From the NCBI RefSeq assembly GCF_006345805.1, contig NC_043001.1:55304001-55368000 (forward strand): a DNA stretch of 64,000 bases, written 5' to 3'. The translations under genes and the position numbers were made by a program. Each line of letters opens with the position of its first letter. The stretch's first letter is position 1. Below the pieces are notes generated by a model, which was given only the letters and a program-made list of their open reading frames with translations, had not been told where the DNA came from and did not search any database. This document shows, in pieces, positions 27,236 through 39,079 of this stretch. This stretch comes from Octopus sinensis (lineage: Eukaryota).

Positions 27236-29969
27236 GTGTGTGCCTGTTTGAACAAATTTACAACAGGTGAAAGTACTATGCATTAGTTTGCTAACTTATT
27301 AAAATTGAAGCTTCCAGCCATCAATACTCTGATTTTCTCATTTCTATGTTTAATAGATACGTAGGTAGAAGATAGAAAGATATGGTAGAAATATCAAATA
27401 TTAGGAATGAGAGAGAGAGAGAGAGAGAGAGAGCAAAACAAATTGATAGAAAAAAGATTAAGCAGAGAGATGGAGGAATAGATAAGAGGGGAAATAGTTA
27501 GAGAGAGAGAGGGAGAGAGAGAGGAGAGAGAGAGGGAGAGAGAGAGGGAGAGAGAGAGAGTGTGTGGGCTGCAGGTTTAACTATTGTCAGGTAAATATAT
27601 TTCTGGGTAGAATGTAAGATAGAGATGGAAGATAAATACAGAAGTTTCAGGAATTAAACTTATTTGAAGTATCATTAGAAACCAGCTATTTCTAATCGAA
27701 CATGAAAGCCCAAATAAAAACTCATTTCAAATAGCAGAAACTGTATAAGGGGTAGAAGAAGATTGGATAATTTCACCCATCTGACAGGTTTTGTAGTTTA
27801 GCCTAAGCTCAGCAGAGATCAAAGAGACCTATGATCAATGGTCATATATCAGGGACTACATTGTCCAATATGTCCTTCTTTATTCAAGATATGGGGGAGT
27901 AATTTGAGGGAAATCTTGCTGGTAATGCAAACAAGTTGACCAACAGTATAGAAAGTCCCTCATTGGTTCACAAGGTTAGTCACTAAAATTAGTAGGCTAA
28001 GAGTAATCAACACTGGCTGGAATTGGGTTGCAAATAAACAGAAAACAAGTACAACTTGATATACTGTAAAACGAAATAGAGTGAAGTTCTGGGTAGTATA
28101 TTGTCTATAATCGTAAGCCCTGCCTTCAATGTTGTCTCTATTTCATCTGATGACACGTAAAAGTACACTATTTTTTCATATTTTCAATAATTTTATTACT
28201 TTTATTATCAACAGTATCATTTTCTATTCATGTCTCTATTTCACATCTATTTTCCCATGACTATTAAGCCATGGGTGGTGAAGTTTTTGGTAAATTTGCA
28301 TATTTTCATATTACCAAAATAAGTATTTTTTAAACACAGGATCAGAGTTTAATGTTTTTCCCACAGTTATCTTTTCAATCTTGAAAGAACATTTATATGA
28401 TTATTAGACTTGCTACAAACAGCAGTAAAATCTCCTGCAAATCTCAGCCCATCATATTTTTAAAAAAAGGAAAAGTAAACAATAGAAATGTGGTCTTAGA
28501 TACTCTAAGATTAAATAACACTGCGTAACAAATTTTTTTTTTTTTGTCTTTGGCCAGTAAGTGTTATTTTCTATTTGTTTCTACCTAGAAATCAAATGAC
28601 TACTGTTCTCTTGAAACTTTGCTTTTGTGATCTGGACATCAATGTTTCCAAACTGACCTATTTCCCAATACATTTCAGACAGATCCAGCACCGAGTTGCT
28701 GAAGCAGAAATATCGTTATGGCAAATATTCTGCTCAATACCACAGATTTGCTTGTCAGTTGCTTGACCTTAACCACTTGAGCATGTCCCTTAGTGGCTGA
28801 CAATATGTGCATTTCTGATCATGAGCAGGATCAGTGGGCGAACATCATAGCCATCTATTGAGAGAGATTCTCCAGGGTTTGAATGAATGTAATAAAAGCA
28901 AAGTTTGAAAGAAATATTAGCCATTTTTCATACTTTTGGGCCAATCAAATCAGAAATAACAGTTTTGCTACCCAAGGACAAAAATCATGTTACACAGTGT
29001 AATCAAAACTCATGAATATGGTCATGTGACAGCTTGATTGGAACTGACCTGGATTAAGCAACTAATCCAGAAGAAGGAATGAAATTTATTGTCATATTAA
29101 AAAAGTGAGAAAAGCAGAATAATGTGTTCTGCTTATGAGAATAACACAATGACTATTTTTGAGCAGCGCTTGAGCCAATGATAATGTTTTCAATAACCTA
29201 GTACACAACTTCTTTTTATCAACAATGGTATTTTGAATCTTCCTCAAACAAAACGTTTGGTTTCTAATTTTATACTACTTGTTTATTCATAATTATTGTA
29301 AGAGAGCTTAAGGCATTGCAGAATTGGATCATACTTTAAAAAAAAAACAAAAATCATGAAATGAAACACAAAAATGAATTAATAATATTGTTTCACCCTC
29401 GTGTGATTATATATTTCTTATGAAAATCACTTTCTATATATTTCAATTAATTTTGAAAATAATTAATAAATGGGAGGAATTTAATCAAATTAACTAACTT
29501 TTGTCATTATCAAACTGGTGCTTGAAACATAATGCAAAAAAGTTCTTACATAAAATTATGATGAAATGTTAATTTAAATATGAACACTTTGAAACGAGAG
29601 GTTTTGTATAATGGAATCAGTTATGCTATGAAGATGATTGGCATTGAAAGGGTTAAAGGAAATAAAAGAGAGAGAAAGAAAAATACTATTTTCCAGCCTA
29701 CAGAAATTAATTCATTGAATAAATGAATAAATAACTATAGTAGAGAAAACTGGTTCACAATAATCATTGCGATATTTTACCTTTCCATGCAAAACGAATA
29801 TATAATCAACATGTGAATAATAATTTCAAAAGAATGCAAAATAAATATATAAATAAAAACATTCCACTAGTGGTGGTCATGGTGGTTTTGGAAGAGAAAC
29901 ACGAGGAAAATGCAACGAAAATAAAAGGGGAAAGATAGAAAGAAAGAAAAATATTCTGCAATGACAAAA

Positions 29970-30004
<35 letters not shown>

Positions 30005-30136
30005 AACAACAACTACTACTACTACTACTACATAACTCAAATCTCAAATAAATAATATGTTGCAAACTTTCCATGATAAAAAACTAACAAGTATAGATAA
30101 GGAAATACAGAACAATCAATAACAACAACAACAATA

Positions 30137-30184
<48 letters not shown>

Positions 30185-30434
30185 TATAATAATAATAATA
30201 ATAATAATAATATAATAATAATAATAATATGCTATGTAAACAACAAGACTAAAGGTTTATTTAAAAAGAGGAAAAATGAAAGATAAGAGGTTGCGTTTTT
30301 CATGCTTTTTCTAAAGAGGAAGGAGGAAGAAGGAGAAGAAGAAGAAATGGTTGTTGTATTGGAGGTTTAAGAGAAAGAGAATTGTGAGGATTTGAAACCT
30401 AGCCCACAGGTTTGGTTTCTAGAGTACAGCTTAC

Positions 30435-30461
30435 AGACACATGACACCATCTAACACTTGA
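30435..30461 (-). CDS. robo: Candidate 27-nt symmetric microexon QVLDGVMC
   Basis: ttttattatttcttatcag|TCAAGTGTTAGATGGTGTCATGTGTCT|gtaagc. Open in phase 2. Confidence 0.4.
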
Positions 30462-30785
30462 CTGATAAGAAATAATAAAATAGTTTTTAAAAAAAATAAG
30501 AAAATACAGAACTGAAAAAAAAACACTTAAAAATAAATTTTGAAATTTTCCAGGAAATAGACGATGCTGAGATGGGTAGGAATACAACAATAAAGAAGAA
30601 TTAAAACTGAAAGTAAACAGATATAAAAGGAAGAATGCAGAAAGAAAAAAAACAACAAAAATAAAGAAATAAACTAAGTAGGAAGATAGGTGTGGTGGCA
30701 GTGATGGTGTCAGTGTAGAGGTGTTGGCAGAGGAGTGATTTGAAATAGAAAAAAAGGAAAGCAATTGATCACCGGTTTAGCTCAC

Positions 30786-30818
30786 CATTTCATATAGCCA
30801 GCAGGTACAACAGCATAT
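30786..30818 (-). CDS. robo: Candidate 33-nt symmetric microexon YAVVPAGYMK
   Basis: tttttccctgtccttgtccag|ATATGCTGTTGTACCTGCTGGCTATATGAAATG|gtgagc. Very long upstream pyrimidine tract. Open in phase 2. Confidence 0.65.
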
Positions 30819-31039
30819 CTGGACAAGGACAGGGAAAAATCACAGTAAAAATAACTGGTAAAGCTAATAAGGAAGCGATACACAGAAAGAGAGAATGGGG
30901 GGGGGGGAAGAAGGAGAGATAGAGAGAAAGAGAAGCAGAAGTAAAACATGGGAAAGAGTGAGTAATGGATGGCAGGAGAGGAGATACTAAAAGCTGTGGG
31001 AAGATATTTTAACACTGAGGATTTGGTACGATATTAGAG

Positions 31040-31859
31040 GCAGTTAATAATATACTTTCTTCATTGGCACAAGCCTGTACACTTTGGGGTGGGGAGTGGT
31101 CAATCTCATCAAACCCAATACATCATTACTGCTTACTTTATTAACCCCAGAAGAATAAAAAGCAAAGAAGACTCTGCTGGAATTTAAACCTAAAATTTAG
31201 AAGGAGGACATGACTAAATACTGTATCATACTTTGTTAACTGCTTTATTGAGTCTACCAACAATTTTAAGGAGAAGGGGTTAATCAAATGAAAGAAGAGC
31301 AAAATTGACCTTGGAGGGATTTGAACTCAACATGTAAAGAGCTCGAACAGATGTAGCAAAGCATATTTTTCAGTACTTTAACAATTCTGCTAGCTCATGT
31401 CTTTAGTATCAATAATAATCCTTTCTAATTCTGGCACAAGGTCAGCAATTTTGAAGGGAAGGAAAGTTGATTACATCAACCCTAGTGCTCAACTGGTACT
31501 TAGTTTATCAACTCCAAAAGATGAAACATAAAGTTGACTTCAGTGGCATCAGAACATAAAGAGCCAAAAGAAACGATGTTAAGCATTTTTTTTCTGGTGT
31601 GGTAATGATCTCATCAGCTCACTATCATAACGGTTTCAAATCCTAGCACAAGGGCAGCAATTTTAAGTGGCTTACGTAAGGTGATTGCACAAACCCCACT
31701 GCTTGGCTAGTATTTATTTTATCAACCCTGAGAGAATTAAAGGCAAATTCAACCTCAGCAGTATTTAAACTCAGAACATAAAGCAAGAAGAAATGCCACT
31801 AAGTATTGTGTCCAGTTTACTAATGATCCTGCCAGCTTGGCATGTTGTTAATAATAATG

Positions 31860-31918
<59 letters not shown>

Positions 31919-32944
31919 GATGATGATGCAGTACCAGGTAGTGGCTCTTGTGGCTGCTGATCTTAACTGATTGGAAGTGTTATCATGTACATTGTTTTGT
32001 CTTGGTATAAAAGATGGGCTACAGCAAATATTCTGCTCAATACCACAGATTTGCTTGTCATTTGTTTGGCCTTAACCAGTTGAGCATGTCCCTTAGTGGC
32101 TGACGATATGTGCATCTCCGATCATGAGCAGAAGTAGTGGGGGAGCATCTTAGAGGTTTGGATAATTCACCTTAGGAAACATGGGTTGTTCGTTCAACAT
32201 CCTTAAACAATTCTTATTCAGGGATCTTTTGGGCAGGATGGGCTACTCGACCAGAAGAAAATTCTAACAGGGCCCCACCTGCAAGGTCGTGTGCTGTTTA
32301 TCTTGATATGAGATCAATATGTTGCGCACATATGGTTCTGAAGCATGTGCCTGGTGTACCCTTATCAGACAGGTAGTCATGATGGGTATACTGGGCTTCG
32401 TATATTTTACCCCAGTGTCACTTTGATGGCATGCACTGCTCTCTCACTCAATGATAATAATAATCCTTTCTATTGTAGGGACAAGGCCTGGATTTTTGTG
32501 GGGAGGGGAACAATCAATTACATCGACCCCAGTACTTGAGTGGTACTAAAAGGATGAAGGGCAAAGTTGACCTCGACAGAATTTGAACTTGGAACGTAGC
32601 GACAGACAAAATACCACTAAGCATTTCGCCTGACATGCTAATGATTCTACCAGCTTGCTACCTTAATAATAATAATAACAATAATAACAGCAACAACAAC
32701 AACAACAATTATAATGGTTTTAAATTTTGGCACAAGGCCATCAATTTCAGGGGAGGAATTAAGTCGATTATATTGACTCCATTGTTCAACTAATACTTAT
32801 TTTATCAACTCCGAAAATATGAAAGGCAAAGTTGACCATGACAGCATTTGAATTTGAACTCAGAACATAAAAGAAGAACTGCCATTGTCTGGTGTGCTAA
32901 TGATTCTGCCAGCTTGCCACTTTCATAATAATAATGATAACAAC

Positions 32945-32998
<54 letters not shown>

Positions 32999-33545
32999 TC
33001 TTTCTACTTTAAGCACAGGGCCTGAAATTTTTTTGGGGGAGGGAATATTTGATTATATCGACCCCAGTACTTGACTGGTACTTAATTTATTGACCTTGAA
33101 AGGATGAAAGGCACAGTCGACATCGGTGGAACATGAAGACAGACGAAATACTTTCTACTATAGGCACAAGGCCTGAAATATTGGGTGGTGGGGACAGTAG
33201 CTTACATCGACCCCAGTGCTCAACTGATACTTATTCCATTGACCCTGAAAGGATGAAAAGCAAACCCAATCCTAGCAGAATTTCAACTCAGAACGTAAGG
33301 ATGGAAGAAATACCACTAAATATATTTTCCGGCATGGTAATGATTCTGTTAGCTCTCCACCTTAATAATAATAATAAAAATAATGGTAATTTCCAACATT
33401 AACACAAGGTCTCAAATTTATGGAGAAACCATTATGGTCAATGAAACCAACTTTATACTTGACTTGTTTTTATTTTAAGAAGGATGAAAGCAAAGCTGAC
33501 ATCAATAAAATTTGAATATAGAATCTAAAGGGACATACGTAAATA
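31040..33545 (-). mobile_element. Head-to-tail array of about nine family B tRNA-like SINEs separated by (AAT)n
   Basis: Recurrent unit aggcacaaggcctgaaatt...atcgaccccagt...gaaaggatgaaaggcaaagttgacc...atttgaactcagaac...ctaatgattctgccagct. Confidence 0.8.
31926..32458 (+). mobile_element. Interspersed repeat, probably a 5'-truncated non-LTR 3' end, flanked by (AAT)n
   Basis: GC-richer 530-bp unit ending ctctctcactcaat(gat/aat)n. A partial second copy lies at ~28715-28880 (gcaaatattctgctcaataccacagatttgcttgtca). Confidence 0.6.
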
Positions 33546-34814
33546 TAAGAGGGTATCTTGCCCTCTGATTTACCAGTTCTGCCACTCCACCAAACCAAAT
33601 GATGATGATGATGATGGTGGTGGTGGTGATGATGATATTCCACTTCCAGATATAACTGAAGATATGTTATAGATAAAATTTTAGCTGCCAATAAATATGT
33701 GTGTGTACAGTAATTAGCTATAAAATAGATGGTTAAGATTTTAGATAAATTATATGCAGAAGACATTTACAAATATGGCCAACTTGCAGAGCATACTTGT
33801 AATAATTTCTCTCATAGGAATATATTTGTTGTAAGGTGAAACATTTCTTTCATGGAGAGGTAGTTGTTTAGTTCTACTATCTTCCTTGTACTTCTAAGTG
33901 TTTTACCTACATCGTAGATAAAATCTTAACCACTTACATAATATAGCTAATTGCTAGGGTTGTTGTAAATCTTAAACATCAAATTTCTGTGTGATACTGG
34001 ACTATGTTAGAGAACAGTCTAGCTTCTGTAAGTTGAATGATTAGAAAATTACTCATCATCCTGCCACTCATCTTAACCAAGTATTGCTTAAATTCTAATA
34101 AATACATCAATGTTTATATTATGGACACACACACACACATGTCTGCGCAAACATATTTTGCAAGACATTTTATATCCTTCAGTTTTTTAGTGGTTCCAGT
34201 CATGAAACTGCAGCCACACAGACACATGACCTTATAGAGCCGTAACCAATTATATCAAACCCAAAGCTCACCTATCATTTACAGATATAAACATCACAAA
34301 GTATTTTATACAGATAAACACACAAAACTTTCATGGCTTTCATCTACTACACTTCACACACAAGATATTAGTGTACCTGAAACTAAGGTAAAACACCTTT
34401 GCAAGATGCTGTGGTGGGGAGATCAAACTCAGGGCCATGTTGTTCCAAACTTCTTAACAACACAATGATACCTGCACACAGGTGCATGAAAGGGTGTGGG
34501 AATTGCTGTAATTAGTTATTGTGAGATTCATATAAAATTGTACTTATATGTCTGCAGGCAGTGAAGTAATATATACATTCATGTAGATTGGTAGATAGGT
34601 AATATAGTGTGTGCAAGGTCTATCAATCTCTCAGTCTGTCTACTTGTTTACCTACATAATTATCATAATCATGCTGGTATAGATTGGACAAATCAACAGG
34701 ATCTAACAAGTCTACAAACCATGTCTTGCTCCAATGTTTCTGCTTTGGCATTGTTACTATGGCCAAATATAATATTTTTAACACTAACCACTCTCTAGAG
34801 TGCAGTGAGAGCTT

Positions 34815-34849
<35 letters not shown>

Positions 34850-35427
34850 CACACACACACATACATATCTATTTATCTATACACACACATATCTATATAT
34901 ATATTATATATATACACACACTTTATTTCAATTCAAGTTGACTAGTGTGGTCAGACGACCTAATGACATTAGGGGAGACACTAACAATTAAGAGATATGA
35001 AACTCTCCAGACATTAAGATAAGTTTTATTATATGTATTTTGTATATTTTTTTTATTCATTTATTTATAAGCTTTTTCTAATTGTTTTTATTTATTTATT
35101 TTTTTGCTTACTTCGTTCACCCCATTTCTTGACAGATCAATTTATGTTGTAGCTTAGAATGTACTCAAGTTTATTTTTTTGTTTAAACTGTGATTATAAC
35201 ATTATCAATGTGAGGTATATACTAAGTAGGATAAAGTTCAGTTTAGCAAACCAGTTTCATTGATAAACCTGCAAAATTGCCCCTTGCCAGTATTGCTGGA
35301 ATAATATCAATATGATGTGTTGTTTCATGTATTATGTAATAATATTTCTGCAATGATCTTCTAGTAAAATGGTGATGAAACAATTGTAATATTATGCAAC
35401 AAAATATGTTAGTCCATTCTATTAGTC

Positions 35428-35473
<46 letters not shown>

Positions 35474-35742
35474 GATGATGATGATGATCATCATCATCAT
35501 CGTTTAACGTCTGCTTTCCACGCTAGCATGGGTTGGACAGTTTTGACTGACTGCTGGCAAACCAGATGGCTGCACCAGGCTCCAATCTTGATCTGGCAGA
35601 GTTTCTACAGCTGGATGCCCTTCCTAACGCCAATCACTCTGAGAGTGTAGTGGGTGCCTTTTACGTGCTACTGGAACGGGGGCCAGTCAGGCAGTACTGG
35701 CAATGACCTCGCTCAAATCTTTTTACATGTGCCAGTAAGGCG

Positions 35743-35774
<32 letters not shown>

Positions 35775-36383
35775 GGTGGTGAGCTGGCAGAATTGTTACT
35801 GCACCAGACAAAATACTTAGCAGCATTTTGCCCATGTCTACGTTCTGAGTTCAAATTCCACTGGGGTCAACTTTGACTTTCATCCTTTTGGGGTCAATAA
35901 AATAAGTATCAACTGAGCAAGTGGGGTCAAAGTCATTGGCTTATCCACTCCCCCAAAACTGCTACCCTTGTGCCAAAATTTGAAATCAATACTTATATAC
36001 ATGACCAGCCTTTTGGCTTCTGTCTACTAAATCCACACACAAGTTTGGTCACCTTAGAGCTACAGAAGACATCATCTGCCCAAGGTTCTACATAGTGGGA
36101 CTGAACTTGAAACCACATAGTTGGAAGCAAACGTCTTCAACCACACACACACACACACATGTCTGAAAAAGTACTCAATACATGTCACTGACTCTATGTC
36201 CATATTCATATAGGATTGATTCACTGTGCCCCAACTCAGAATTTCTTGTCATACGTGATCATTCAGAAGTTTGAAAATAATTTTTGCCTGAATCATTTCA
36301 TAAGGCAAAAATAACTGAGTGGCAACAAAGGGAATCATCAGCTTCTTATAAAGACATGTGTGTGTGTAATTATCACCACAATC

Positions 36384-36706
36384 CAAGGGTTCTCAACCAT
36401 CTTTTATCTATGGACCTCTTTAAATACTATTTTATTCTTGTCATTTGGTGTTTAAAAACTAGTTTTATAGGTACCTCTTATAAAACTCCTATTTTTTAAA
36501 GTTTTTTTTTTTTTTTTACATTGTGAAGGTTGAACTATGTAAACAGAGAAACCCAGCTGTTTTTTGCAGCAATACATACCAATACATACATCTGAAGCAA
36601 AATGTTTTTCAGACGCCCTTAAAATACTATTGTGGATCCCTAATTTACTATTTTGATGTGTTGGACCTCCTAAAAATCTTATATGGACCCTGGTTGAGAA
36701 CCAATG
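36384..36706. mobile_element. hAT-like MITE
   Basis: caagggttctcaacc ... ggttgagaaccaatg termini; interior related to the 12524 element. Confidence 0.7.
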
Positions 36707-37858
36707 ATCATAATCAATTAACGTCAATATTTCAGTACTGGTATGGGTTTGATGAGTGTCAGCTCCTAACCTTTCATCATGGTCCTTTCTGATACAATGT
36801 ACTTGTGAATGTAAGCCTGCATTTGATAAATAAGGCTGGGCAAATTTTTAACTGTAATTCTGCTCAGCGCTACACAGCTAAAAGTACAAGAAGATATTTA
36901 ATTCTCTCTGTGCATTTGTATGTAATATGAACTGTTATCTTCATATGCAATCATATGGCATATATCTGGTGAGTAGCAACTTTCCAAAGATTACTACAAG
37001 GACATACACCACCAATACCACCACCAAATACTACCGTGGCATTTGCCACCATCACCAACAACACCAATATAGACAATGCCTTCACCAACTGCTACTATAG
37101 CATTTACCATTACTACAATCACTGACTACTACTACAGTAATCACCACCAGTGCTGCCAACCTACAGCCAGTCTTCCACCACTGCCCTCAGTGAGGCCTCT
37201 ACAACACTAACAATACCATCAATTGGGAAGCTACTGCTACTAGCACATGCACCAAACGAAAATGCCATACTAGGGCATCACCTTGATGAATTTTTAGTTG
37301 AATGAATCAATCTCAGTACTTGTTATTTTTATTTCTTAAAAGTCTGGTACTTATTCTGTTGTTCTCTTCTGCTGAACTGCTAAGTTACATGGACATAAGC
37401 ACACTAACACCGGTTGTCAGGCAGTGAACAAACACAGACATAAATATATGCTCACACACACACATATATATATATACATATATAATACACACACACACAC
37501 ACACATATATATATAAGGCTTTGGCTGGCCTGAAGTTATAGTGGAAGACACTTGCTCAAGGTGCCACACAATAAAACTGAACACAGAACCATGTGATTGG
37601 GAAGCAAGCTTCTTACCACACAGCCATGCCTGTGCCTATGGTATGGTATGTTGTGATTAAAAAAAAAATTTGTTTGATATTTCTAGCAGGTTGAATGACC
37701 ATATGAAGGTACTCTTGTTTGTTTGACAATGTGTCTGTAGGATGGGGTGATGTTGCTGCTGATAATAGTGAATGAAAAGAAACTGAGAAGAAGTTCTGAG
37801 AGGAGATGAGAGATTAGAAGAGACTGAAGTCAGAAAGGAAGAAACCATAAACTGAATA

Positions 37859-37893
<35 letters not shown>

Positions 37894-38711
37894 AATAATA
37901 ATAATGATAATAATAATAATAATGGAATAACAGATTAGGAAGGAGGAGACATCTGTTTTTTAAAGGAGAGGAAGTTAGACATTTCTGAAGTAAGTTAAAA
38001 AGACACATGTAACGTTAACATTTCAGTGACATTTCAGAAAAAGATAACATGATTTTTAGTTTAAATCTTAGATTTTAATAGTTCTGTGGGATTGTAAAAT
38101 GAACAGCTCAGATTTTAATTGTTTTAGTAGATTTTTCCCGGTTCATCATTAGTAATTGTGTTGGCATTAGCATCATCGTTATGATCATCATCATTGCTGT
38201 TGTCCTCATCATCGTCGCCACCATCATCGTGATTGTCATCATCATCATCATCGTCACTACTACCACCACTACCATCGTCATCATCATCAAATATTATGCT
38301 GTTGTTATCATCATACTCATAAAAATATTAAAAAATATTTTAAAAATCATACATCATCAATATCTTTATTATAATTAAATTTCCATGTAATGTTCCTTCA
38401 TCTGCTGTCCTCGTGGCAAATAAAAGCAATCATTATTATCATCAATAGCAGTAGAAGACTTTTCATTGTTGTTATTGTTTTATTGTAGTAGTAGTATTAG
38501 TAGTAGTAGTAATACTTGGATTTGTTTGTTACTTTTGTGCAAAAACAACAAAAAAATAACATAAAAACAAATACACATGAAATTAAGAATAAAAAGAAAC
38601 CTAAATATTCAAATTGAGGATTCACATTCACTATATTTGTTGATATACATATCAATTGCATCATTGAGTTGGCTCTTAATATAAATTTCTACCCAAATTA
38701 CACAAACTTAC

Positions 38712-38726
38712 AATATATGCTCAACA
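38712..38726 (-). CDS. robo: Candidate 15-nt symmetric microexon (R)VEHI
   Basis: tcgttgctctgtag|TGTTGAGCATATATT|gtaagt. UGC just upstream of the AG; long distal pyrimidine tract at 38815-38920. Open in phase 2. Confidence 0.45.
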
Positions 38727-39048
38727 CTACAGAGCAACGATTTTGACACTTGATAATTTAGATTTTTTAAGTTGAATGTAAACAAGTTCATTAACATGGG
38801 GAAAAAAGCATTTGATTGATGGAAATAAAGAGAAAGAGACGGGCAGAGAAAGAGGAAGAGAGAGAAAGAGGGTAAGAGAGGGGAAGGCAGGGAAATGGGT
38901 AACAAAAAATATTTTAAAAAATGCTGATGCCACATAGTATAAAAGAACAATGTAAAAGTCACAAAACCATTCAAATGCTAATGGCTGTAGAATGGTAAAT
39001 AGTTCTAATATTGAAAGACTTTGAAAGAATATATTTTGTTTTACTTAC

Positions 39049-39079
39049 CGAGCTTGTTCTTCCTGTTTTTGAAGAGGCG
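39049..39079 (-). CDS. robo: Robo juxtamembrane microexon, 31 nt (T)PLQKQEEQA(R)
   Basis: Acceptor ttttttcgtttctttgttgtggcag, donor TCG|gtaagt, phase 1 to 2. Open and in frame with the TM exon. Confidence 0.75.

Noticed and set aside
16841-33545. Repeat-spacer-like periodicity (AAATG array; SINE stack) suggestive of CRISPR
   Set aside because: Eukaryotic context, no unique spacers, no cas genes. Explained by satellite growth and SINE stacking.
33555-33660. Acceptor-like site followed by a His- or Ser/Pro-rich frame and gtaaat
   Set aside because: Composed of a (CAT/CAC)n microsatellite plus a family B SINE head.
35112-35152. Good donor GAA|gtaagc
   Set aside because: Nearby acceptors are weak and give stops in the required frame.
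37683-37758. Long pyrimidine tract and NAGNAG acceptor opening SNITPSYRHIVKQTRVPSYGHSTC* in phase 2
   Set aside because: No credible donor before the stop. Could only be an alternative last exon, which the sequence cannot support.
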